A DNA stretch of 64,000 bases from Candidatus Eiseniibacteriota bacterium (GTDB lineage: Bacteria; Eisenbacteria; RBG-16-71-46), in the NCBI GenBank assembly GCA_044222065.1, contig JBGAOA010000002.1, forward strand, positions 83,115 through 147,114. Direction: 5' to 3'. Below the pieces are notes generated by a model. The model searched no databases and was not told the DNA's origin. It was given only the letters and a program-made list of their open reading frames with translations. The position numbers and the translations under genes are program-made. Below, piece after piece: positions 19,603 through 28,048 of this stretch; position 1 is the stretch's first letter, and each line of letters begins with the position of its first letter.

Positions 19603-19897
19603 GGTTCGCGCGCGTCACGGGCACGGTCGTGTGCACCGAGAAGGTGCCGGCGTGGAAGGGGCACCGGCTCCTCGTGCTTCAGGCGACGGACGCGCAGGGC
19701 AAGGCCGCCGGCGGCCGGCCGTTCGTCGCGATCGACCTCGTGTCCGCGGCGCCCGGCCAGCGCGTGTTCTACGTGAAGGGGCGGAGGCGGCGAACGCGCT
19801 GCCGAACCCGGACAACCCCGCGGACGCCGCGATCGTGGGCATCGTGGACGACGTGCGCGAGCGCCCGCTCGACGACGGCGCCGGAGCGCGCCGCTGA
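19599..19897 (+). CDS. Second BMC-P (EutN/CcmL), with a one-base frameshift as assembled
   Basis: MRFARVTGTVVCTEK..VAIDLVSAAPGQRVFYVKG continues in another frame as AEAANALPNPDNPADAAIVGIVDD; the shift lies at the G4 run 19777-19780. Confidence 0.85.
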
Positions 19898-20178
19898 TGT
19901 TCACGGCGCGCGTCGTGGGCGACGTGGTCGCGACGATCAAGCATGGCGACCTCGCGAACCGGAAGCTCCTGCTCGTGCAGGCGGTGACCCCGGAGGGGCG
20001 GAAGGTGGGCGCGCCGGTGATCGCCGTGGACTGCGTGGACGCCGGGCTCGACGACCTCGTGCTGGTCGCCGACGAGGGCAACGCCGCCGCTCAGGTCATG
20101 CAGCAGCCCCGCGGAGGCGTCCGGACGGTCATCGTGGGCGTCGTGGATCACGTCACGCCGACCGGGTCCGGCGGATGA
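19897..20178 (+). CDS. Third BMC-P (EutN/CcmL)
   Basis: MFTARVVGDVVATIKH..KLLLVQ..IAVDCVDAGLDDLVLV..EGNAA..VIVGVVD. Confidence 0.93.
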   Translation: MFTARVVGDVVATIKHGDLANRKLLLVQAVTPEGRKVGAPVIAVDCVDAGLDDLVLVADEGNAAAQVMQQPRGGVRTVIVGVVDHVTPTGSGG

Positions 20179-20249
20179 TCCGGGTCGGGGCCCGTGGTAA
20201 AGTGCCGCGGTCCCGCTCGAACGGGGGACTCTCAGGGAGGAGACTCGCG

Positions 20250-20465
20250 ATGCCGCTCTTCGACTATCGCTGCGACGGTTGCGCGACGCGCTTCGAGGCG
20301 CTGCTCGACCGTGCCGGCGACGGCGCGCCGCCCTGCCCGAGCTGTGGGGACGTCCGCGTCACCCGCCTGCTGTCCACGTTCTCCGTGCTGGGTGCGGCGC
20401 CCGAGCGCCCGCCCGGAGCGTGCGGTACGAACGATTGCGCGTGCCGGCGGCACGCGGACTGTTAG
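20250..20465 (+). CDS. FmdB-family zinc ribbon protein
   Basis: MPLFDYRCDGC..FE..CPSCG..RLLSTF plus C-terminal CGTNDCAC; GGAGG SD; extended -10 TGgTAAAGT at 20195-20203. Confidence 0.85.
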   Translation: MPLFDYRCDGCATRFEALLDRAGDGAPPCPSCGDVRVTRLLSTFSVLGAAPERPPGACGTNDCACRRHADC

Positions 20466-20480
20466 ACAGGAGAGCTGCGA

Positions 20481-20786
20481 ATGACCAAGGCCGATTTGGT
20501 GGAATTGATCGCCGTCGAAACCGGCGTCTCCCGGCAGCACACGGCGATCGTCGTGGACGAGCTGCTCGGAGCCGTCTGCCGCGCGCTCAGCGAGGGCAAG
20601 CACCTCGAGATCCGCGGATTCGGAACGTTCAAGGTGCGTGAGCGTCGTGCGCGACGCGCGCGCAATCCGCGCAGCGGTACGGAAGTGCTGGTGCCGGCCA
20701 AGCTCGTCCCGGTCTTCAAGCCCAGCAAGGAACTCAAGGCCCAGGTCCTCGACGGCGTCGGCACGCCCGAACCCGTCGGCGCCTGA
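20481..20786 (+). CDS. hup: HU/IHF family DNA-binding protein
   Basis: MTKADLVE..EIRGFGTFKVRERRARRARNPRSG..VPVFKPSKELK. Confidence 0.93.
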   Translation: MTKADLVELIAVETGVSRQHTAIVVDELLGAVCRALSEGKHLEIRGFGTFKVRERRARRARNPRSGTEVLVPAKLVPVFKPSKELKAQVLDGVGTPEPVGA

Positions 20787-20811
20787 TCACCACACTTCAC
20801 GAGGAGCAGGA

Positions 20812-20907
20812 ATGGGTTCTGGAAAGAAGCGCAAGCGCAAGAAGATCGCGACCCACAAGCGCAAGAAGCGTCTGCGCAAGAACCGTCACAAGAAGCGGGT
20901 TCGCTGA
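20812..20907 (+). CDS. 31-aa basic protein, ribosomal protein bS22 / AURKAIP1-COX24 type
   Basis: MGSGKKRKRKKIATHKRKKRLRKNRHKKRVR with GAGGAG SD; matches the GKKRKRxKxATHKRKKRxRxNRHKK pattern. Confidence 0.85.
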   Translation: MGSGKKRKRKKIATHKRKKRLRKNRHKKRVR

Positions 20908-20925
20908 CGGCTGAGCCGTTTGCCG

Positions 20926-20954
20926 GCGGGAGCCGCCGTTCCGGCGGCTCCCGC
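20926..20954 (+). terminator. 13-bp GC hairpin after the bS22-like gene
   Basis: GCGGGAGCCGCCG-TTC-CGGCGGCTCCCGC; no poly-U tail. Confidence 0.45.
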
Positions 20955-20974
20955 ATCGCATTCCCGGTCGCACG

Positions 20975-22768
20975 ATGACCCACCGCGCCCATCGGCGGAG
21001 CTTCGGCCCGCCGCCCCGGATCAGCGACTCGCGGCCGGACGCCGCCGAGCCGGTGCCGCGCCTGATCGGAAGGGCGCACCGCTCGCGCGGGCTGTGGCTG
21101 TTCGATCCCGCCCGCCGCTGGCCGGGCGGCGCGCGCGTGCTGCGCTGGAAGGGTGAGTTCGAACCCGAGGACGGCGACTGGTGCATCGCCGAGTGCGCGC
21201 GCGGCGAGGACCACGCGTTCCTGGTCGAGATCCTGGGCGCCGACGACCGCCCGGCACTCGACGACCTCGCGGTCGCCTCGCAGTACCGGCTGCGCACGCG
21301 GTTCCCGCGCGACGTCGAGCGCGAGGCGGCGGCCTTCGCAGAGCCCGGCGCGGACGCGCGGCACGGCCGCGAGGACCTGCGCGAGCGGCTCGTGTTCACG
21401 ATCGACCCCGAGGACGCGCGCGACCACGACGACGCACTGTCGTGCGACGAGGTCGGCGGCGGCCGGCTCGAGGTCGGCGTGCACATCGCCGACGTGTCGC
21501 ATTACGTGACGCCCGGGACGGCGCTCGATCGGGAGGCGATGGCGCGCGGCACGAGCTGCTACCTGCCGGGCGGCGTCGTTCCGATGCTGCCCGAAGCGCT
21601 GTCGTCGAACCTGTGCTCGCTCGTCCCCGGCTGCGACCGCCTCGCGCTCTCGGTGCTCGTGCGCTTCACGCCCGACGGCGAGCTCGACGGCTGGAGGTTC
21701 GCGGAGACCGTGATCCACAGCCGGCATCGGCTCGACTACGGCGCGGTGGAGGAGGCGCTGCGCGGGCGCACACCGTTCCCGGCGCCACTCCAGCACGCGA
21801 TCGACCGGCTCGCGACGCTCGCGCGCGGCCTGCGCGCCCGGCGTTTCGCGCGCGGCGCGCTGGCGCTCGAAGTGCCCGAGGTCAAGGCGCGCGTGGACGA
21901 GCGCGGCGAGACGATCGCGCTCGAGCGGCGGGAGCACCTCGAGAGCCACGAACTCATCGAGGAGTTCATGCTGCTCGCGAACCGCTGCGTCGGCAGCGAG
22001 GGCGCGCGGCGCCGTTCCGGACTGATCTACCGCATCCACGAGCCGCCGGCACCGGCGAAGCTCGCCGAACTCGATCGCACGCTCGGCGTCGTCGGGTTGC
22101 CGCGACTCGGCTCCGCCGTAGAGCCGGCGCGCGCGCTGCAGGCGCTGCTGCGCGTGAGCCTCGATGCGCGGCACCGGAGGCTGCTGCACCGGCTCGTGCT
22201 GCGTTCGCTCGCGCGTGCGCGCTACTTCGAGGGCGACGCCTCGCATTTCGGACTCGCGACGCGCGAATACTGCCACTTCACGTCTCCGATCCGGCGCTAC
22301 CCGGACCTGCACAACCATCGCCGCGTCCGCGAGTGGATCCGCGGCGAGCGCACCGCCGCGTGGGATCCGCTCGCGCTCGCGGAGTCGGCGCTCGCGTGCA
22401 CCGGCACGGAGCAGAACGCGGCGGACGCGGAGCGCGAGGCGGTGAAGGTGAAGGGTCTGCGCCTGCTCGAGGGGAGACTCGGGGATCGCGCATCGGGTAG
22501 TATCACCGGGTTCCTGCCCCGAGGCTTCTTCGTCGAACTCGACGAGTGGCCGGTCGAAGGGTTCGTGCGAGTGAGTCTCTACACCGACGATCACTTCGTG
22601 CTCGACGACAGCGGGGTGCGAATGATCGGCCGCCGCACCCGGCGTCGATTCACCCTCGGAGACGAAGTCGAAGTCCAGATCGCGCGGGTCGACGTCCCCG
22701 CGCGCGAATGCGATCTCGCGCTCACGCCCGTCGGCGGGCGGAAGCGGCGCACCCACGGGAGGGGTTGA
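20975..22768 (+). CDS. rnr: RNase R/RNase II family 3'-5' exoribonuclease (short N-terminus)
   Basis: FTIDPEDARDHDDALS, GVHIADVSHYV, SHELIEEFMLLAN, HFGLA..YCHFTSPIRRYPDL, C-terminal S1 domain. Confidence 0.92.
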   Translation: MTHRAHRRSFGPPPRISDSRPDAAEPVPRLIGRAHRSRGLWLFDPARRWPGGARVLRWKGEFEPEDGDWCIAECARGEDHAFLVEILGADDRPALDDLAVASQYRLRTRFPRDVEREAAAFAEPGADARHGREDLRERLVFTIDPEDARDHDDALSCDEVGGGRLEVGVHIADVSHYVTPGTALDREAMARGTSCYLPGGVVPMLPEALSSNLCSLVPGCDRLALSVLVRFTPDGELDGWRFAETVIHSRHRLDYGAVEEALRGRTPFPAPLQHAIDRLATLARGLRARRFARGALALEVPEVKARVDERGETIALERREHLESHELIEEFMLLANRCVGSEGARRRSGLIYRIHEPPAPAKLAELDRTLGVVGLPRLGSAVEPARALQALLRVSLDARHRRLLHRLVLRSLARARYFEGDASHFGLATREYCHFTSPIRRYPDLHNHRRVREWIRGERTAAWDPLALAESALACTGTEQNAADAEREAVKVKGLRLLEGRLGDRASGSITGFLPRGFFVELDEWPVEGFVRVSLYTDDHFVLDDSGVRMIGRRTRRRFTLGDEVEVQIARVDVPARECDLALTPVGGRKRRTHGRG

Positions 22769-23298
22769 TGGCCACGAAGAAGTCCACGCGGCGATCCGAG
22801 CGACGCGCGATGGCGCGGGCCGACGCGCGGCTCAGCATGAGGCTCGACGCGGCGCTCACGGAGCAGGACGGCCCGCAGATCGTGACCGAGAGCCAGAACA
22901 TCTCGGGCAGCGGTGTCTATTGCACCTCGGAGCACTACCTGGCGCCGCTGTCGAAGGTCGCGCTGACGATCGTGCTGCCGAGCGTGCCCGGCCGGCGCGC
23001 GAGCCAGGAGCTCGTGAAGTGCGACGGCATCGTCGTGCGCTGCGAGCAGCCCTCGCGTCGCGGCGAGCGCGCGTACCAGCTCGCGTGCATGTTCTCGGAC
23101 CTGGACGCCGTGACGCGGCGTCGCATCAACGACTTCGTGACGTGGCGCAACCTCCAGGAGCTGCGGGCGCTCGCGGCGAACGGCCGCAAGCCGGCCGCGC
23201 GGAAGACGGCGGGGCGCAAGTCCACGGCCACGAAGAAGCGCACTTCGTCGGCGAAGCGCACCACGACGAAGTCCGCACGGCGTCGCACCGTCCACTGA
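22768..23298 (+). CDS. PilZ-domain protein with a lysine/arginine-rich C-terminal tail
   Basis: ERRAMAR (RxxxR) and QNISGSG (D/NxSxxG) motifs, KCDGIVVRC, LACMFSDL; tail RKPAARKTAGRKSTATKKRTSSAKRTTTKSARRR. Confidence 0.8.
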   Translation: MATKKSTRRSERRAMARADARLSMRLDAALTEQDGPQIVTESQNISGSGVYCTSEHYLAPLSKVALTIVLPSVPGRRASQELVKCDGIVVRCEQPSRRGERAYQLACMFSDLDAVTRRRINDFVTWRNLQELRALAANGRKPAARKTAGRKSTATKKRTSSAKRTTTKSARRRTVH

Positions 23299-24638
23299 GT
23301 CGTCTCGTGCGCGTCACGGTCCGGCCTGCGGGTCCGCTCGCGGGCCGTTTCCGTCCGCCGGGCGACAAGTCCGTCACGCACCGCGCCTACCTGTTCGGCC
23401 TGCTCGCGGAGGGGACGACGGTCGTGCGGGGGGCGAACCCCGGCGAGGACTGCGAGCGCTCGCTCGCGATCGCCGCGGAACTCGGTGCCGAAGTCGAGCG
23501 CGCGGCCGGCGCCGTGCGCGTGCGCGGCACGGGCGGCGACCTGCGAGCGCCGCGCGGGATCCTCGACTGCGGGAACTCGGGCACGACGCTGCGGCTGCTC
23601 GCCGGCATCCTCGCATCGCAGCCGTTCGAGGCGACGCTCGATGGCGACGCGTCGCTGCGCGGCCGCCCGGTCGGCCGCGTGACTTCACCGCTCGCGCGGC
23701 TCGGCGCGCGCTTCGAAGCGGCGAACGGCGGGCGCACGCCGCCGCTCGTCGTGCGTGGCGGTCCGCTCGAGGGCGCCGCGTTCGACGAGCCGACGCCGAG
23801 CGCCCAGGTCGCGACCGCGATCGTGCTCGCCGGTCTGCGAGCGCGCGGCGAGACGCGCGTCGCGGTGGATGCGCTCGCGCGCGACCACAGCGAGCGCATG
23901 CTGCCCGCCTTCGGCGCTCGGCTGTCGGTCGAGACGGGCACCGATGGCGTGCGCCGCGTGTCGCTCACGGGTCCGCAGCGGCTCCGCGCCGCCGTCGTGG
24001 ACGTGCCCGCCGATCCTTCGGCCGCGGCGTTCTTCTTCGCGCTCGCGGCCGCGACGCCCGGCGCCGAGGTGACCGCCGAGGGCGTGAGCCTCAATCCGAC
24101 GCGCATCGGATTCCTGCGCGTGCTCGAGGCGATGGGCGCTCGCGTCGAGCGGACGCCGCGCGGCGATTCGGCGGGCGAGCCCGTGGGGGACGTGACGGTG
24201 CGCGGCGCGGACGCGCTCCGGGCCTTCGACGTGCCCGACGCGTGGGTGCCGAGCTTCGTGGACGAGGTGCCGGCGTGGGCGATCGTCGCGAGCCTCGCGA
24301 ACGGCGTGTCGCGGCTGCGCGGCGCCGGCGAGCTGCGCGTGAAGGAGAGCGACCGGCTCGCGGCGCTCGCCGCGAACCTCGGCGCGATCGGCGTGAAAGC
24401 GCACGAGGCGCCCGACGGACTCGACGTCGAAGGCGGCCGGGTCGCGGGCGGGAAGGTCGCCGCGCGCGGCGACCACCGGATCGCGATGGCGTTCGCCGCG
24501 CTCGGCGCGCGCGCGCGCGACGGAATCGAGATTGACGACGTCGCGAGCGTCGCCACATCATTCCCCGGCTTCTTCGACCTCTATCGCGCGCTCGGCGGCG
24601 ACGCCGAACGCCACGACCAAGGCGCCGAGAACGCATGA
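23295..24638 (+). CDS. aroA: 3-phosphoshikimate 1-carboxyvinyltransferase (EPSP synthase)
   Basis: PPGDKSVTHRA, DCGNSGTTLRL, SAQV, RDHSERML, ELRVKESDR, DHRIAMAF, SFPGF. Start is CTG 23295 (overlapping the upstream stop) or GTG 23307. Confidence 0.95.
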   Translation: MSRLVRVTVRPAGPLAGRFRPPGDKSVTHRAYLFGLLAEGTTVVRGANPGEDCERSLAIAAELGAEVERAAGAVRVRGTGGDLRAPRGILDCGNSGTTLRLLAGILASQPFEATLDGDASLRGRPVGRVTSPLARLGARFEAANGGRTPPLVVRGGPLEGAAFDEPTPSAQVATAIVLAGLRARGETRVAVDALARDHSERMLPAFGARLSVETGTDGVRRVSLTGPQRLRAAVVDVPADPSAAAFFFALAAATPGAEVTAEGVSLNPTRIGFLRVLEAMGARVERTPRGDSAGEPVGDVTVRGADALRAFDVPDAWVPSFVDEVPAWAIVASLANGVSRLRGAGELRVKESDRLAALAANLGAIGVKAHEAPDGLDVEGGRVAGGKVAARGDHRIAMAFAALGARARDGIEIDDVASVATSFPGFFDLYRALGGDAERHDQGAENA

Positions 24639-25327
24639 GCTTCGTCATCACGATCGACGGACCCGCGGCCGCGGGCAAGAGCACGACCGCGCGCGCGGTC
24701 GCGTCCGAACTCGGCTTCCTCTACATCGACACGGGGGCGCTCTACCGCGCGATCGCGCTGCGCGTGCTCGGCGAGGGCCTGCCGCCCGAGGAGAACGAGG
24801 CGCTCGACGACGTGCTGCAGCGCACGCGGCTCGACCTCTCGGGCTCGCCCGAAGAAGCGCACGTGTTCCTCGACGACGTGGACGTGAGCCGCGAGATCCG
24901 CACGCCCGAGGTGAGCGAGATGTCGTCCCGGCTCGCCGCGCTGCCGATGGTCCGCAGGCGGCTCGTCGAGACCCAGCGCGCGCTGCGCGAGCGCGGCCCG
25001 CTGGTCGGGGAGGGGCGCGACCTCGGCACCGTCGTCTTCCCCGACGCCGAGGTGAAGGTGTTCCTCGACGCCGACCTCGAGACGCGCGCCCGCCGCCGCA
25101 CCCGCGAACTCCAGGATCGCGGCATCGCCGCCGCCTTCGACCAGGTGCGCGCCGACCTCGCCCGGCGCGACGAGCGCGACCGCGGCCGGTCGGACAGTCC
25201 GCTCCGGGCCCCCGAGGGGGCCGTGCTCGTGGACACGAGCGGCATGGACATCGAGAGCCAGGTCGCCGCCGTGCTCGAGGTCGCGCGCGCGCACCCCGCC
25301 TTCCCGGCGGCGGGGCGCCGACTCTGA
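24635..25327 (+). CDS. cmk: Cytidylate kinase
   Basis: ITIDGPAAAGKST, YIDTGALYR, EGRDLGTVVFPDA, RDERD. Confidence 0.96.
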   Translation: MSFVITIDGPAAAGKSTTARAVASELGFLYIDTGALYRAIALRVLGEGLPPEENEALDDVLQRTRLDLSGSPEEAHVFLDDVDVSREIRTPEVSEMSSRLAALPMVRRRLVETQRALRERGPLVGEGRDLGTVVFPDAEVKVFLDADLETRARRRTRELQDRGIAAAFDQVRADLARRDERDRGRSDSPLRAPEGAVLVDTSGMDIESQVAAVLEVARAHPAFPAAGRRL

Positions 25328-25429
25328 GCGGGCGCACTCGCGAGCAGGGGTGGGAGAAACGTCGTTCCCGCGCTAGACTCTCCGGCCCGCGCTGGAGTCG
25401 AAGCGCGCGTCGGCCGATTAGGAGTTTCC

Positions 25430-26098
25430 GTGCCCACGTACTATAGTGCCTGCCGGTTTTTGATCGCGGCTGCCTTCGGGGTGGCCTCGGGATGGAGAGT
25501 GACGGGTCGCGAGAACCTGCCGAAGCGCGGCGGCCTCGTGATCGCTTCGAATCACATCTCGTTCTGGGATCCACCGCTGGTGGGCGCGGCCTGCCCTCGA
25601 GAGATCTACTTCCTCGCCAAGGAAGAGCTGTTTCGCGCTCCGCTCTTCGGAGCGCTCATCCGCTCGGTGCACGCGATTCCGATTCGTCGGGGCGTCGCCG
25701 ACCTGAGCGGCATGAGCCGGGCGCTCGACCTGCTCCGCAACGGCCAGGCTCTGTTGCTCTTTCCCGAGGGAAGCCGGATGCGCGACGGCGAACTCCATCC
25801 CGCACGACCGGGGGTGGGGATGCTGTCCGTGAACGGAGACGTGCCGATCGTTCCGTGCTACGTGGCGGGATCGAATCGGCCCGGAAGGTGGGTGACGCGC
25901 CGCACGCGCCCGCGCGTGATGTTCGGCACGCCGCGTCACTGGAAGGAATTCATCGGACCCGACGTCGAGATCACGCCGGGACGCGCGCTCTACCAGGCGG
26001 TGGGCGACGGCGTCATGCGCGAGATCGCGGCGCTCAAGGCCGGTGATCTGAATTCAGCGGTACGCGGGCCGGCGATGAGCCGGACCCAATCTTCATAA
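25430..26098 (+). CDS. plsC: 1-acyl-sn-glycerol-3-phosphate acyltransferase
   Basis: NHISFWD (HX4D), FLAKEELF, FPEGSR; cmk-plsC-rpsA synteny. Confidence 0.92.
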   Translation: MPTYYSACRFLIAAAFGVASGWRVTGRENLPKRGGLVIASNHISFWDPPLVGAACPREIYFLAKEELFRAPLFGALIRSVHAIPIRRGVADLSGMSRALDLLRNGQALLLFPEGSRMRDGELHPARPGVGMLSVNGDVPIVPCYVAGSNRPGRWVTRRTRPRVMFGTPRHWKEFIGPDVEITPGRALYQAVGDGVMREIAALKAGDLNSAVRGPAMSRTQSS

Positions 26099-26117
26099 CA
26101 AGGAGGCTTCACCCTTC

Positions 26118-27923
26118 ATGTCGGAACTCACCCGGACCCTCAACCCCGTCGCGGAGCTGCCGCGCCGGGCGCCCAACCTGCCGCTCGTCCCGATCAACGC
26201 GGACGACGAGGACGAGCTCTCGGCCGAAATGCGCGCCGAGATGTTCGGTCAGTACGAAGAGTCGATGCGCTCCATCGGCGAGGGCGAAATCGTGCGCGGC
26301 ACGGTGCTCTCGATCGACGACAAGGACGTCCTCGTGGACGTCGGCTTCAAGAGCGAGGGCATCATCTCGCTCTCGGAGTTCCCCGACCCCACGAGCATCA
26401 AGGTCGGCGACACGATCGACGTGTTCCTCGAGCGCATGGAGAACCAGGACGGCCTCGTCGTCCTCTCCAAGCAGCGCGCGGACTTCGTGCGCGTCTGGGA
26501 TCGCGTCAAGGACGCCCACGACAACGGCCAGATCGTCGAAGGCAAGCTGATCCGCAAGATCAAGGGCGGTGTCGTCGTCGACCTGTACGGCGTTGAGGCG
26601 TTCCTGCCCGGATCGCAGATCGCGCTGCGCCAGGTGCAGAACGTGGACGCGCTGCTCGGCCAGACCGTGCAGGTCAAGATCATCAAGCTCAACAAGCGCC
26701 GCCGGAACATCGTGGTGTCGCGCCGCGCCGTGCTCGAAGAGGAGCGCGACCGCCTGAAGGGCGAGATCCTCAAGGACCTCGCGAAGGACCAGATCCGCGA
26801 AGGCGTGGTGAAGAACATCACGGACTTCGGCGCGTTCGTGGACCTCGGCGGCATCGACGGCCTGCTGCACATCACGGACATGTCGTGGGGCCGCGTGGCG
26901 CATCCGTCCGAGCTCGTGAAGATCGGCGACAAGGTGCGGGTGAAGGTGCTCAACTTCGATCCCGAGAAGGAGCGCATCAGCCTCGGCCTGAAGCAACTCG
27001 AGGCCTACCCGTGGGAGGGCGTCGACGAGAAGTACAAGGTCGGCGACCGCGTGAAGGGAAAGGTCGTCTCGATCACGGACTACGGCGCATTCATCGAACT
27101 CGAGAAGGGCGTCGAGGGCCTGATCCACGTGTCGGAGATGAGCTGGACGCGTCACGTCCGGCACCCGTCGAAGATCGTGAACATTGGCGACCAGATCGAA
27201 GCCGTGGTTCTGAAGGTCGACAAGGCGAACGAAAAGATCTCGCTCGGCCTGAAGCAGGTGGAGCCGGATCCGTGGCTCACGCTCGACCAGAAGTACCCGG
27301 TCGGCATGCGCGTCAAGGGCAAGGTCCGCAACCTGACGAACTTCGGCGCGTTCGTGGAGCTCGAAGAGGGCATCGACGGACTCGTGCACGTCTCCGACAT
27401 GTCGTGGACGAAGCGCGTCGCGCACCCGAGCGAAGTGCTCAAGAAGGGTGACGCGGTCGAAGTGGTGATCCTCGCGATCGACAAGGAGCACCGCCGCATC
27501 AGCCTCGGGCTCAAGCAGGTCTCGGACGATCCGTGGCCGCTGCTCGCAGACAAGTTCCCGTCGGGCATGGAGCTCAAGGGCGCGATCAACCGGCTGTTCG
27601 ACCGCGGTGCGATCGTGGACGTCGGCGAGGGCATCGAGGGCTTCGTGCCGCTGTCGCAGATCGGCATCGACGACCTCAAGCGCCCGAACGACGCCTTCGA
27701 AGTGGGCGAGGAGCTCACGATGAAGGTGACGCGCGTGGACGTTCCGAACCATCGGCTCATCCTGAGCGTGAAGGCCTGGCTGAGCGAGCAGGACGACATC
27801 GCGATGGCGGAGTGGACCTCGAAGCGGAACCAGGTGCGTGCGCGCATCGCGGCGAATCCGCCCGAGGACGCCGCGGAGCCGAAGAAGCCGTCGAAGGAAG
27901 ACGAGGACCTGGGCGACGAGTAG
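26118..27923 (+). CDS. rpsA: 30S ribosomal protein S1
   Basis: Six S1 domains: DVGFKSEG, AFLPGSQI, FGAFVDLGGIDGLLHITDMSW, YGAFIELEKGVEGLIHVSEMSW, FGAFVELEEGIDGLVHVSDMSW. Confidence 0.98.
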   Translation: MSELTRTLNPVAELPRRAPNLPLVPINADDEDELSAEMRAEMFGQYEESMRSIGEGEIVRGTVLSIDDKDVLVDVGFKSEGIISLSEFPDPTSIKVGDTIDVFLERMENQDGLVVLSKQRADFVRVWDRVKDAHDNGQIVEGKLIRKIKGGVVVDLYGVEAFLPGSQIALRQVQNVDALLGQTVQVKIIKLNKRRRNIVVSRRAVLEEERDRLKGEILKDLAKDQIREGVVKNITDFGAFVDLGGIDGLLHITDMSWGRVAHPSELVKIGDKVRVKVLNFDPEKERISLGLKQLEAYPWEGVDEKYKVGDRVKGKVVSITDYGAFIELEKGVEGLIHVSEMSWTRHVRHPSKIVNIGDQIEAVVLKVDKANEKISLGLKQVEPDPWLTLDQKYPVGMRVKGKVRNLTNFGAFVELEEGIDGLVHVSDMSWTKRVAHPSEVLKKGDAVEVVILAIDKEHRRISLGLKQVSDDPWPLLADKFPSGMELKGAINRLFDRGAIVDVGEGIEGFVPLSQIGIDDLKRPNDAFEVGEELTMKVTRVDVPNHRLILSVKAWLSEQDDIAMAEWTSKRNQVRARIAANPPEDAAEPKKPSKEDEDLGDE

Positions 27924-27948
27924 CCCGGGTTTCCGTCGAAGCCGTGCG

Positions 27949-27976
27949 GCGGGCGGTCCCGATCGGGGCCGCCCGC
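27949..27976 (+). terminator. Hairpin downstream of rpsA
   Basis: GCGGGCGGTCCC-GATC-GGGGCCGCCCGC followed by TCGCTTT. Confidence 0.5.
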
Positions 27977-28048
27977 TCGCTTTGGGGGTGGACGGCCGGG
28001 CGGTCCGGGCGCACTATTCCGGCGACCGGACGCCGTTCGGAGGCAGCC

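Noticed and set aside
19599..20465. 288-aa BMC-P / zinc-ribbon fusion ORF
   Set aside because: An artefact of the frameshift at about 19780; the intervening sequence is off-frame of the third BMC-P gene, and the FmdB ORF has its own SD.
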